From contig RFOM01000014.1 in the NCBI GenBank assembly GCA_009926615.1, positions 74 through 64,073 of the forward strand: a stretch of 64,000 nucleotides of DNA, in the 5' to 3' direction. Of this stretch, positions 37,777-48,200 are shown in pieces (position 1 is the stretch's first letter; the number at the start of each line of letters is the position of its first letter). The stretch is from Pseudomonadota bacterium. GTDB taxonomy: Bacteria > Bdellovibrionota_B > Oligoflexia > Silvanigrellales > Silvanigrellaceae. The notes beneath the pieces are model-generated. The model ran no database searches and was not told where the DNA came from. It saw only the letters and a program-made list of their open reading frames with translations. Both the position numbers and the translations under genes were made by a program.

Positions 37777-38520
37777 ATGTTTAGGCCATCAGCGACTTCA
37801 ATTTGTGCAGGAGTGGCTCTGAGCTTTTCAACCGTTCCCTTGCCGGCAAACGCCGGCGAAAATTCCATCTTCGTATCAAAAGATCAAGTGCTGAGACGAA
37901 GCTTTGATCTTCCGCAAGGAAACTTCGTTGTTGAAACCATGTGGACAACTGCTGCGCAAACAGCGGGTGAGGTTGACGTGCTCTCGGGGCGTGTAAGCTT
38001 TAGGGCAAAACTTGGCAATCCATCCGGCATCTGCACGAATATCAGTTTTATTCAGACTGCGCGCATTCTCGACAACAAAGGAAACGACTACCAGTGGCCG
38101 GCAGGGCAGTCGGTCCGAAATCAAATCAGAACAAAGCGCACTGCGAATAATGTTGAACAGGGATATTTTGTTGACCACGATGCAACACAATGCGCGGAAC
38201 GAAGTTCCGAATGTTCGCCCTTCTTCCGCGATCACTGGCCCAATTCAGATTTGGGATCCCAAGACGGCTCCCTTGAGGCAGAGAAACAAAAAGCAGCGGT
38301 CTTGGTCGATTTCCCTTATGGTTGGGAACTCATAACTTCGGCGGAACTTGAAACCTGTGCGGTATGCCGTGATACGAAAAAGACATTCGGATGCGTCACT
38401 TGGGGAGGCACTTGGCCACTGACGGGAGAGCGCTTTCTTCACGGTCCGAAGGCGACAAACAGCCCGACTACGACGTTTGAAAAAGCACTCTCCCTGTTCC
38501 AATCGTTTTATTCCGAATAG
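37777..38520 (+). CDS. Exported hypothetical protein
   Basis: Signal peptide MFRPSATSICAGVALSFSTVPLPANA. Several Cys pairs. No family recognised. Confidence 0.5.
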   Translation: MFRPSATSICAGVALSFSTVPLPANAGENSIFVSKDQVLRRSFDLPQGNFVVETMWTTAAQTAGEVDVLSGRVSFRAKLGNPSGICTNISFIQTARILDNKGNDYQWPAGQSVRNQIRTKRTANNVEQGYFVDHDATQCAERSSECSPFFRDHWPNSDLGSQDGSLEAEKQKAAVLVDFPYGWELITSAELETCAVCRDTKKTFGCVTWGGTWPLTGERFLHGPKATNSPTTTFEKALSLFQSFYSE

Positions 38521-38527
38521 GCTGGAA

Positions 38528-40312
38528 TTACCGCTCAATATTGCCAAGATCCGAGTTTACCGAGACACTTGAGGTTGCATTCGTGAAGCGAACAAGCAAA
38601 AAGTGCCTTGTCGCTTTGTCCCACGTGTTTTCCGTGCTGGCGCGGGACAACCAAATCTCCCGCATTTGTGTTGCATTCCTTGGCCATCTTCTCCAAACAT
38701 TGACCGACGGTCGCAGTGCTTTCAACTCAACTGCATTGTTCAGTTTCATCCATGTCCAAAAGGAATCCAAATCCTGCTGAGAGGTGAAAACAAGCCATTG
38801 CCCCTTCAAACCCGCTGCCATTAAATCTGCATGAGTGTTTGAGAAATGGGTAGAAACTCCCAACATGTACGCCATCATCCCCCATTCGTTGAAGTTTTCC
38901 CTCCTCGTGTTGTCGTAATTGAGCGGCGCCCTGTGCTCGGACAATAATTCCCGAGCGTCACTCAGCTCTGACTCACCCAAGGTCGCTGTCAGGCCAAGAG
39001 TCCCGAACCAAAAAAATACCAAGCCGGACAACATTGCAGTCGCACGGCTGACCAAACGACCTCTGGAAATAACTGACTCAAAAGAAACAACTGACAAAAT
39101 AAACGAAGTCAGAAGAGCCAACGTATGGCCTGAAGTCCACCATGGGGCGCCACCGAAGAACGCAAAATGGCAGCCGGCAACCGCCAAAATCATCAGCATC
39201 GAAAATGGCAAAACAACTTTGGCGAAAATTCCGGCATACCCGCGAATCGCCTGCAGCTGACCAACCAGCAATACAATGATTGCAGGAATCATCGGTAAAC
39301 CGTACCACGGCGCCCTGTAGCCCAACCCGAAAAAAAACAGAAACGTCGGCAACAAAAATGCGAGAGACAATGCCGAGCTGCGGTCGAACTGCAGTATTCC
39401 CTTGCGCATGCGCCGGTAGGCAATAAGGCAGCAAGGAACTACCAGAAAGCTCCACGGCGCCAAGTTCACGAAAAAATTATTAAACAAAAAAACGAAGGCG
39501 GAATCTGAAAAGCGCGGCCGATCAAACTGTTCTCTGAAGATATAAGTCTTAAACCAATTTTCACGGTCCAAAAAAAACGGCAAAACATATCCTGCGGCGG
39601 TCAGACACACTCCCGCGAACAAGGAGAGAATTTTCCGAGAGGAACCGAACAGACTCCTGATTGACGGCTTTCCGAATGAGAAATATGCAACAACCGATAT
39701 CCCAAGCAAACAACTGTGCAATGGCGATTTAAGAGTTCCGGCGAAACCAACCGTGAGCCAGAGCAACAAAAAATATCCGGTTGCTCCGGTGTATCGCGCC
39801 GCAACGGCAAGCGACATTGTAATTGCGTAAAGGCTTGTCAGAGCGCTGTCCATCTGACTTGAAAAGGTAAACATGACGAGCGCGCCTGAGGTTGCGAAAA
39901 GCAGTCCGGCGAGTCCCATCAACCGGCTCTGTGCAGGAAGCAAAAATTCCGATGACAACCTGAGTGCAGTCACTGCGCAGGCACCGAGAATCAGGTTCAT
40001 ATAAGTGATCGATAAGGGTGAGAATCCAAAAAGATGATGTCCGATGATCAGCAGTAGATAATGACTCGGGCCTTTTATGTAATTGACGTCCCCAAACTGA
40101 AGCTGTTGCCACAAATGACCGGCCCGAACCATTTCCAAAGCCTGTGCGACATAGACCTTTTCGTCGCCGTGAATTCTAATATGCCGCCAGAATGCGAATG
40201 GCAGTGTCAGCAGGAAAAACACGATTCCGTGCTGCCAGAAATTCAGCTTTCGCCATATATCTCCGGCTTCCGGGAACTTCACTGAATAAAGTGCAGAATT
40301 TTTGCCGAGCAT
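38528..40312 (-). CDS. GT39/ArnT-like (PMT_2) membrane glycosyltransferase
   Basis: Polytopic 594-aa protein. First-loop acidic motif HGDEKVYVAQALEM. Many TM segments and a soluble C-terminal domain. Confidence 0.7.
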   Translation of the reverse strand: MLGKNSALYSVKFPEAGDIWRKLNFWQHGIVFFLLTLPFAFWRHIRIHGDEKVYVAQALEMVRAGHLWQQLQFGDVNYIKGPSHYLLLIIGHHLFGFSPLSITYMNLILGACAVTALRLSSEFLLPAQSRLMGLAGLLFATSGALVMFTFSSQMDSALTSLYAITMSLAVAARYTGATGYFLLLWLTVGFAGTLKSPLHSCLLGISVVAYFSFGKPSIRSLFGSSRKILSLFAGVCLTAAGYVLPFFLDRENWFKTYIFREQFDRPRFSDSAFVFLFNNFFVNLAPWSFLVVPCCLIAYRRMRKGILQFDRSSALSLAFLLPTFLFFFGLGYRAPWYGLPMIPAIIVLLVGQLQAIRGYAGIFAKVVLPFSMLMILAVAGCHFAFFGGAPWWTSGHTLALLTSFILSVVSFESVISRGRLVSRATAMLSGLVFFWFGTLGLTATLGESELSDARELLSEHRAPLNYDNTRRENFNEWGMMAYMLGVSTHFSNTHADLMAAGLKGQWLVFTSQQDLDSFWTWMKLNNAVELKALRPSVNVWRRWPRNATQMREIWLSRASTENTWDKATRHFLLVRFTNATSSVSVNSDLGNIER

Positions 40313-40321
40313 AACGTCTCC

Positions 40322-40573
40322 CTACGGAGGACCAAACTCATCAACCACCGTAAAAATATCCAGAAATCGGGTGTCAATCCTGTGAAAACCTAATGAGAGC
40401 AAAGACTCACTTTTGACCCAAAAAATTTTCAAAAGTTTCGAAATGAAATGGTTTGCGGACATCTGGCGATAAAATTGCTCCAAAAGACGTTCCACTTCAC
40501 GCCTGAGTGACTGGCGCATAATTGGACTATGGCAAAACCCAATACCCTCCGGACTTTCCAAAGTTTTGTTCAT
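40322..40573 (-). CDS. Small hypothetical protein (uncertain)
   Basis: 83-aa ORF ending 9 nt upstream of the GT39 start. No motif. May be non-coding. Confidence 0.25.
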   Translation of the reverse strand: MNKTLESPEGIGFCHSPIMRQSLRREVERLLEQFYRQMSANHFISKLLKIFWVKSESLLSLGFHRIDTRFLDIFTVVDEFGPP

Positions 40574-40654
40574 CTAATTGAACGCTTACGAATTATACTC
40601 ATCTTTGAGAACGGCATTCCGATCTCCGATCTGCACGAAGGAGAAGGAGTCAGT

Positions 40655-43600
40655 ATGGCCGCGGGAAGAAAGTATTTTCCGACAGCGCTATTGGCGCTCG
40701 CTGCATTGTCATGTGGCCGAAATGACTCATCTGTTTCTGAGGTCGATTTTTTTGACGTGTCCTTCAACCTTGAAGCGGGCTCCGATGCCATGGGGCTCAC
40801 AGGGTCAGGAGGCGGTTCGATTGCAAGTTTCGGCCTGCTTGAGGGCGACAGCGTATCGGTGAAGGCGAGTCTTTCAGGTTGTACGTCGGGATACAAAAAA
40901 GATGTCGGTGACTACAAACCCGTCTCAGGGCTGTCGTTCAAACTCTACAAAAACGACAAAGGCTGCACTGTTAAGGTTCACTCTGTGAAGCTTCAGGGAC
41001 ATGGAGCTTCAAAGGGCGTTGAATACGCGATAGCCGCCGGTAGTCCGGAATCGTCATTCGCCACTGCGGGACTTACCCCTTCCTCAACTCCGAAAGTCTA
41101 TGTGGACGTTTCAAATCCGAAGCAGCGTCTTTACATTCGAGACATCAAGTTTGATTCTGCCAGTCCCACAAAAATTAATTTTCTCTTTCAGTCGATTGGT
41201 GCAGACACGGAAGTCAAAAGTGTCGTCGGAGTCGCCAACAGCCAGTCACTGGGTTCATCGGTGCTCGAAGCACCCAACTTTGAAATTCCGTTTGATGCAA
41301 AAATTCCGGAGAGCCCCAACAGCGGGATTCGTTTTTCATCCTACGGCACGGTTTACAGTGGCGGTGCCTCGGGAACTGCATTGGCAAACGGCGGATTTTT
41401 GCTTGACCTGAAAATGCGCTGTGCGGGCAATGTGAGTCTCGGCAACGTTGGTGCTGTAGGCGCTTCCACGAGTTGTCCGACCTCTGCCGGCGATGCAATG
41501 ACTGTTTCAGATATTCAGGCTGCGGTTGTGATGTGCCGCAAAGATGACGTGCCAATCTCGATTGACGAAGCTGATGCTTTGTTCGCTTCAGTGCCTGCAG
41601 GCAGAGTTGCAACGGCTCCGACCGGGTTGGCACCTGTCATTAAGAACGGCGTGAGTCTCAAAACAACTGCAGCGGGCGACTTTATAACGGGCCTTCAGTT
41701 CAAGGGAGTTAAAACTCATTTTCCGGCAGCGGCGATCGAGGGAAGTTCCGTGAGCAGCGGCTGCAAGATGGATTTCAAAACCGCCAACAAAGGCTGGTTG
41801 ATTCTCCGTAAGACGGCAAAGAGCGGTGATTCGAAAATATCCTCTATGCTCGTCACAAACGTCGAACTGAGTTTTACCATGGCTTCCGTCGGACCCTCGG
41901 ACGGAATGTCTGCGTCGAACTACCTCGACGGAGAACATGGTGTCGTTCTTTACAAAAGCGTTGCAAACACCAAAGGCACCGCAGCCGTCGATGCCGAAAA
42001 TACTCGAAAGTTCTTTAACATTCCTTACGGTGAGCGGTTCAAAAATAAAGGTGATTGCTCCAAAGGCAACTGCTACATGCCAAATCTGTATTTATCCTAT
42101 CCGGGAAAGAAACTGAAAATCACCGACACGGTCACGGATGCAAGCGGAAAGGAAAGCGTTCTCTTTGTTGCAACGATCGGCGGAATAAACAAAGAGACGA
42201 TGGCCGTTTTGGATCCTGTTTTTGTCAGCGGCAATCAGTCGATTTACACGAATCAGCTTGCATCGGGATGGGCATCGAAAGACTACGATGCCGATACATG
42301 GAGCAGCAATTGTGCGGAATATTATTCCGGTACAACCCAACACTACGGCGCCTGCTGGGTTTACAACCTTGGATCAGACGCCGACGGAGCTTTGGATGAT
42401 TCTGACTGGGGTCCCCATGTTCACCGTCCGAATCTTCCCTCGGGCGCTACGGGGATGGCCGACGACACATCGACTTACGTTCGCGTGAAAGGAATTACCC
42501 GCTACATCAAAGTTCTTGATGAACAGACTCCTTCATTTTTGACCGAAGATGCACCGATGTGGATACCTCAAACCACCGAATACGGCACGGTCGCTTACCG
42601 GAGCGTTGCAAATACATCAGGCTCAACGGCATCCGATGCCCAGAATCCGCGCAAGTTTTTCAGAATTCCCTACACGGAACGACTCAGTGACAAGGGCGAT
42701 TGCTCTGCGGGAAATTGTTATAAACCAAGTGCATATGATCTTGCCCCCGGCAAAAAACTGATCGTGACTGATACGGTGATGGGCGGCGACGGCGTTGAGC
42801 GGGTCATTTTTACCGCAAAAATCGGCGGCATTGACAAATTCAATATGAAAATTCTGGATCCTGAGTTCACTTCGGGAATCCGTGCGGTCTATGACGCGCA
42901 GCTTGCGGCGGGTTGGTCGTCGTTTGACTCGGATTCGGATACATGGAGCAACAATTGCGCACAGTATTATGGTGAAATTACGCAACACTACTCTGCATGC
43001 TGGGTCTACAACATTGGTACCGATGCCGACGGCGGTTCTGTGAACGGAATGGTTTCACAGGATCAGGAAAGCAACTGGGGCCCGCACGTTCACACTTCGG
43101 GACTCCCTTCCGGTTCCAAGGCCGACAGAAGTGACAGCAGTTCGTACGTGCGTGTGCGCATGATTACCCGATACATTAAAGCGACAAATGATGTCTCTCC
43201 TTCTTTTCTCACCGAGCTTGCCTCAACTCAAATTCCGACGAATGCAGACCATGGTGAAATTCTTTACCGCAGTGTCGCCAACACAAACAGATCGTCAGCG
43301 AGTGACGCAACCAACCCTCTTAAATTCTTTTCAATCCCCTATGCAGCACGGCTGACCGACAAAGGTGACTGCAAGAACGGATCGATGTGTTACCGTCCGA
43401 CTCTCTACAATTCCAATCTTGGCAAGAAGCTTTTGGTGACAGATACGATCGTCGGTTCCGACGGCGTTGAACGTATCATTTTCAAGGCCAAAATCGGTGG
43501 CATCGATCCGAACACAATGAAAGTTCGCGGTGCGGAGTATATTGAGGGAGTGCGCTCGGTCTTTGATAACCAACTCGCCGCGGGTTGGGCGGCCAAAGAT

Positions 43601-45145
43601 TACGACGCAGATACGTGGAGCAACAATTGCGCAGTTTATTATTCTGACATTAGCCAGCATTACGGCGCATGCTGGGTCTACAACTTAGGCTCCGATGCCG
43701 ACGGTGCGCTCGATGACGAGAAATGGGGCCCGCATATTCATCGCGATCACGCACCGTCCGGATTCCTGCCCGAGCGGGCAGATGCGAGCAGCTACGTGCG
43801 GGCGCGGGCCATCACCCGATACGTCAAAAAACTTGATGAAGTGGCGCAGACTTTCTACACGGAAAAAGCCAAAGAGATGATTCCGACGAATGCCGCGTAT
43901 GGTTCGATCCTTTATCGCAGCGTGGGCAACACTTACGGTCCGTCTGTCGCTGAAAAGGATGATCCGGTCAAATTCTTCACTATTGCATATGCTGATCGGC
44001 TGAAAGACAAGGGTGATTGTGCCGACGGGACAATGTGCTACCGGCCAAGTCTTTATGATGCTCCGTTCAACAAAAAGATTCAGGTTACAGACACTGTCGT
44101 CGGTTCCGACGGGGTTGAACGCGTGATGTTCGTGGCGCGTATTGCGGGAATCGATAAGACCACAATGAAGGTCAATTCTCCGGAGTTTGTGGAAGGCAAT
44201 CAGAGCATTTATTTGAACCAATTGGCATACGGTTGGGCCTCCAAGGATTATGATGCCGACACGTGGAGCAATAACTGCGCGACTTACTATTCCGGCATCA
44301 CGCAGCATTACGGAGCCTGCTGGGTTTACAATCTGGGTTCGGATGCCGACGGCGATTTGATTGATCAACGCTGGGGGCCGCATGTTCACGCAGCCAACCT
44401 GCCGTCCGGAGCGCTGGCTGAAGACGGCGATTCGTCCGGATATGTGAAGGTGCGCGCGATTACCCGTTACGTCAAACAAATTGACGATCCGACGATGGGC
44501 GCTGCAACCTTGTTCGTTGATGCAGAGCAGGCGGCACCGGTTGAGCGAATTTCGAGTGCTTCCGTTTCAATGTCAGGCGAAGCGTCGCGTGATACGTCGA
44601 CCTTTGCTGCCGGTGCGGCATCGCTCTCATTCAAAAACGGCGGTTACGGAAAATTGAATTTACCTCGCGGATTAGGCAACGGCGAGTGGACGATTGAAGG
44701 ATGGTTCCGTGTGCGGGCGTTTAACGACACCTATCAAATGATGATGTCCTCGTTCGACGTTGGTGCGTTCGCGATAGGAATCAACGGCGGTGAACTGGTC
44801 ATGGGTGTCAATGCACCTGCGGGCGGCGACAAAAACAAAGAGTGGTACAGCCCGGGATGGCAGCCGCTGACCCAAACGAAAATCGGAGCAAAGCCGGAGC
44901 TGAACAAATGGCACCACTTTGCGCTGGTCTTTGATGGCAGCGCGTACATGTGCTTCTTTGACGGAAAAATGAGACGGCTCGAATCCTCAAGCGATATTGT
45001 CGCGCCGTTCAAAGTCATCAATTTGGGTGCCGGCTGGGGCTACTGGCAAACCAACGATTCTTATCCGTCAAACATTAACCTCGACAATATTGCGGTGACG
45101 GTCGGAAAAGCAAAATACTCGGGTAGCTTCACACCCGCGAAATGA
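40655..45145 (+). CDS. Giant lipoprotein A: shared N-terminal module, 4 tandem ~215-223-aa repeats, C-terminal LamG/concanavalin-like domain
   Basis: ATG 40655 preceded by GGAGAAGGAG. Lipobox LAALSC. N-terminal module paralogous to 45270, 50053 and 51206. C-terminal WTIEGWFRV...WHHFALVFDGSAYMCFFDG resembles Laminin_G_3. Confidence 0.85.
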   Translation: MAAGRKYFPTALLALAALSCGRNDSSVSEVDFFDVSFNLEAGSDAMGLTGSGGGSIASFGLLEGDSVSVKASLSGCTSGYKKDVGDYKPVSGLSFKLYKNDKGCTVKVHSVKLQGHGASKGVEYAIAAGSPESSFATAGLTPSSTPKVYVDVSNPKQRLYIRDIKFDSASPTKINFLFQSIGADTEVKSVVGVANSQSLGSSVLEAPNFEIPFDAKIPESPNSGIRFSSYGTVYSGGASGTALANGGFLLDLKMRCAGNVSLGNVGAVGASTSCPTSAGDAMTVSDIQAAVVMCRKDDVPISIDEADALFASVPAGRVATAPTGLAPVIKNGVSLKTTAAGDFITGLQFKGVKTHFPAAAIEGSSVSSGCKMDFKTANKGWLILRKTAKSGDSKISSMLVTNVELSFTMASVGPSDGMSASNYLDGEHGVVLYKSVANTKGTAAVDAENTRKFFNIPYGERFKNKGDCSKGNCYMPNLYLSYPGKKLKITDTVTDASGKESVLFVATIGGINKETMAVLDPVFVSGNQSIYTNQLASGWASKDYDADTWSSNCAEYYSGTTQHYGACWVYNLGSDADGALDDSDWGPHVHRPNLPSGATGMADDTSTYVRVKGITRYIKVLDEQTPSFLTEDAPMWIPQTTEYGTVAYRSVANTSGSTASDAQNPRKFFRIPYTERLSDKGDCSAGNCYKPSAYDLAPGKKLIVTDTVMGGDGVERVIFTAKIGGIDKFNMKILDPEFTSGIRAVYDAQLAAGWSSFDSDSDTWSNNCAQYYGEITQHYSACWVYNIGTDADGGSVNGMVSQDQESNWGPHVHTSGLPSGSKADRSDSSSYVRVRMITRYIKATNDVSPSFLTELASTQIPTNADHGEILYRSVANTNRSSASDATNPLKFFSIPYAARLTDKGDCKNGSMCYRPTLYNSNLGKKLLVTDTIVGSDGVERIIFKAKIGGIDPNTMKVRGAEYIEGVRSVFDNQLAAGWAAKDYDADTWSNNCAVYYSDISQHYGACWVYNLGSDADGALDDEKWGPHIHRDHAPSGFLPERADASSYVRARAITRYVKKLDEVAQTFYTEKAKEMIPTNAAYGSILYRSVGNTYGPSVAEKDDPVKFFTIAYADRLKDKGDCADGTMCYRPSLYDAPFNKKIQVTDTVVGSDGVERVMFVARIAGIDKTTMKVNSPEFVEGNQSIYLNQLAYGWASKDYDADTWSNNCATYYSGITQHYGACWVYNLGSDADGDLIDQRWGPHVHAANLPSGALAEDGDSSGYVKVRAITRYVKQIDDPTMGAATLFVDAEQAAPVERISSASVSMSGEASRDTSTFAAGAASLSFKNGGYGKLNLPRGLGNGEWTIEGWFRVRAFNDTYQMMMSSFDVGAFAIGINGGELVMGVNAPAGGDKNKEWYSPGWQPLTQTKIGAKPELNKWHHFALVFDGSAYMCFFDGKMRRLESSSDIVAPFKVINLGAGWGYWQTNDSYPSNINLDNIAVTVGKAKYSGSFTPAK
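41936..44530 (+). repeat. Four in-frame tandem coding repeats (units start 41936, 42581, 43250, 43898)
   Basis: Each unit contains LYRSVANT, KFF.IPY, KGDC...CY.P, GKKL.VTDTV, DGVERV.F.A.IGGID, DADTWSNNCA.YYS..TQHYGACWVYNLGSDADG, WGPHVH and ITRY.K. Unit offsets are 645, 669 and 648 nt. Confidence 0.9.
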
Positions 45146-45269
45146 TGCGATTTCAGAAAGGACGGGATTCTATTTTTATCCAAGGAATCCGGTGTTTTAC
45201 CATTTATCTAAAGTCAGGCCTTCGTTCGACCGATCCTCCTTAGGTACGCGTAGCCACTGGGGGACGTCC

Positions 45270-48200
45270 ATGCGTTTTTTGTCAGTGCCTTATCTTCTGC
45301 CTTTGGTGTTGCTGTCATCGTGCGGTGAAAAGAACCAGAATGCAGTCGAACTTGAAGGTCTGGACGACGACTCGGTCAGCGTCCGGCTGGGCATGGTTTC
45401 AAACAGCGGCGTGCGCATGGGCGGCGGCGATCAAGACGGAATGGGGTTGCTCAGCGGAAACAGCGTTTCTGTCAAGGTTGCCGTCAGCGGTTGCAAATCC
45501 GGATACAGCAGCACCATTGACACCTTCACGGCCATTGACCAGCTTAAAATCAAGTTTTACAAAAATGATACCGGTTGCAAAATCAAATTGAACGCAGTGA
45601 GACTGAAAGCCGCAGGAAGTTCAACTTCAGCGGACTATCAAATGCCTTCGGGCACTGCGGAAAGTGCTTATGCATTTGCGGGACCATCTCCGTCTGCACA
45701 GGCCAAGGTTTATTCTGCGACGGTTGGCACAACACGGAAGCTGCTGGTCAAAGACGCACTCTTGGATTTGAAATCAAACACCACACCGGACTTCAGGTTT
45801 CAGGCGATTGACGGTGATGTGACAACACGCTCGGTCAAGAACGTTAGCCAAACGCAGTCACTCGGTTCGGCCGCGCTCGAAGCTCCCAATTTTGAAATTC
45901 CTTTTGATGCTAAATTTCCCGAGAGTGCAAACAACGGCTTGGGTCTTTCTAGCATGGGTGCAGTGTATTCGGCCGGAGCAGCAGGAAGTACCGAGGCCAA
46001 CGGCGGCTTTCAGCTCGACGTGTTGTTGCGGTGTGCCAACAATGTGAGTTTGGGAACTGCCGGCGCAGTGAACACCACGGCAGCGTGCCCCACGCCCGCA
46101 GGCGATCAAATGAAAATTCACGATCTGCAGATTGCAGCCGTGATGTGCCGCAGCACTGACGACAAACTGACCTTCGAACAGGTCGCCGCGCTGTTTGCGG
46201 CCGTTCCCAGCTCAAGAGTGATGAACAGTCCGACATCACTTGTGCCCGTTATCAAAAGCGGAGCAACATTCAATTCAACTGCGACCGCCGATTACATTAC
46301 CGGCTTGCGGTTCAAGGGAGTCAAGGCGCATTTTCCCACGGCGGCGATTGCAGGCACGTCAATCAGCAAAGGTTGTGCATTCGATCAGTCCGAGGCCGCC
46401 AAAGGCTGGTTGATTCTGCGCAAAAGCGAAGGCACAGGGTCTTCGGCTGCAACGTCGTACCTTGTGACAAATCTTGAGCTCAGTGCAGCTTCAACAGCTG
46501 CAATGATTGCAACATCAATGAAAGAAGAAGTCAGAATTTTCAACTACACGGGCGGTCTTGAATCCTTCAAGGTTCCCAATGGCGTCACTTCAATCAGCAT
46601 CAAAGCGTGGGGTGCCGGCGGTTGTGTTTTCGACGAAACCCCGAACTACGCCGCTTCACACAATGCCGAGTTCGGAGGTGCCGGCGGATACTCTGCGGCA
46701 ACCGTTTCGGTGAAGGCCGGCGAGACAGTGTACGTTGAAGTTGGGCAGGGCGGACGTGATGTTTCAGCTCCGGCCAGCTATCCCAACGGTGGAGCCGGTT
46801 ATAACGGCGGCTGTGATGGTGGCGGTTCTTCCAATGTGTACATCGACGGTTACGGCAAACAGGACAAACTCATCCTCGTTGCCGGCGGCGGCGGGGGAGC
46901 AGGCTGGTACACACCATCCGGTTCGCAAAAACAGGGCAATGGTGCAGCAGGCGGCGGACTCACCGCTCAAAACGGCGGAGCGAATGCCGGCTCCGGCGGT
47001 TCCCAAACAGCAGGTGGCCAAACGGGCAACGGTAAAGGAGCTGCTCTTCAGGGCGGTGCTTCAAGCGGTAACGGTGGAACAGGCGGACCGGGTGGCGGCG
47101 GCGGCGGCTATTTCGGTGGCGCATCGGGTGTCGGCGGAAACAACAACACCAACGGCGGCGGTGGCGGCGGAAGCTGCTACGTTGGCCCTTCAGCGAACGG
47201 CGGAGTTCTCGCAAGCAATGCAGGCAGCACTGGAATCAATGATTATGTTGATCCGGCGGGAAGCGTTCGTAAGTTTGCAGATCGCTCTTTCAGTGCGGCG
47301 GAGTGCACCAGCGGCACTGGCAAGACACCTCCCAAAACAACTGACCCTGACTACGTCGCCGGTATTGCAGCAGGCGGTGCAATTGCCGATGCCAAGCAAA
47401 TTCCGGGAGCATCAACGAACTGGAAGTCTGCAGCGGGCGGCAACGGACGGGTCGTTATCCGGTACCTCATGCCGGCGACACAGGTTCAGACGACAATCAC
47501 CGCTTCGTGCGGAACATCACAGGGCGAGGTTTCACAGTTGGGTTGCCTGCACAAAGACGGCGAGCGTTACTTGATTGGCGTTATCAAACAGAATGTTCTT
47601 AGTCCAACTCAGGTCGCCGGAGTGATCAACCTGACGGACGAATCGAAGGTGATCGACGACACGCGTTGGCTGTCGATTTGGAACCGTGCAAATGCAACGA
47701 CTGACGGCAACTGGCGTCTGGTCGCACAAATAGAAACAGCTGCCAATACGTGGGAGACAATCAGCGCTCCTGCGGCAAACAATATTCACCTGATGAAAAA
47801 TGCAAACAGGCTTCCACTGGTCAAATCGCTTTCAGCTCCGGTTCTCACTGCCTACGTGTATTCCCTGTTCCATCACGAAGACAACGGCAATGATTGGATG
47901 GGCGGTGACTATTCTGGAATTATTTATGGCGGCACCAACGGCTACTCGACATTCGGCTGGTACAATCAGGCGAAGACGAATAATTTCTTCGGTGGCCAGT
48001 ACAACTATGCCTCTCTTAAAATGCGGCTGTGGCTGTATCCTCCAGCAAGCGCGATTACTGCGACAGCGTCAGGCAGCTCGGCATCGTTCATTGGTTTTAC
48101 GACCGGAGGAAAATACAAGTATGCGATTTTGTCTGACCTCGATACATGCGCTTTCGGAACGATGGCAGCGCCCGACGGCATTGTGAAGCTGCAGGCTCAG

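Noticed and set aside
40529-40654. 42-aa N-terminal extension of the lipoprotein A ORF in the track
   Set aside because: The internal ATG 40655 has a GGAGAAGGAG RBS and immediately yields a lipobox signal peptide. The extension would bury the signal sequence and overlaps the minus-strand ORF 40322..40573.
43685-44479. 264-aa minus-strand ORF, and other antisense ORFs within the repeat array
   Set aside because: It lies antisense to a repeat-bearing CDS whose frame is conserved across four units. No independent start context or motifs.
41936-44530. Possibility that the tandem repeats are a CRISPR array or a mobile/satellite repeat
   Set aside because: The units are about 650 nt, in frame and protein-coding, with conserved amino-acid blocks. 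There are no short repeat-spacer units. No CRISPR-like array was seen anywhere in the window.
46735-47574. 279-aa plus-strand ORF in another frame of the Gly-rich coding region of lipoprotein B
   Set aside because: It is an Ala/Arg/Gln-rich low-complexity product generated by GGC/GGT-rich DNA. The annotated frame carries the recognisable Gly_rich domain and is continuous with the flanking domains.
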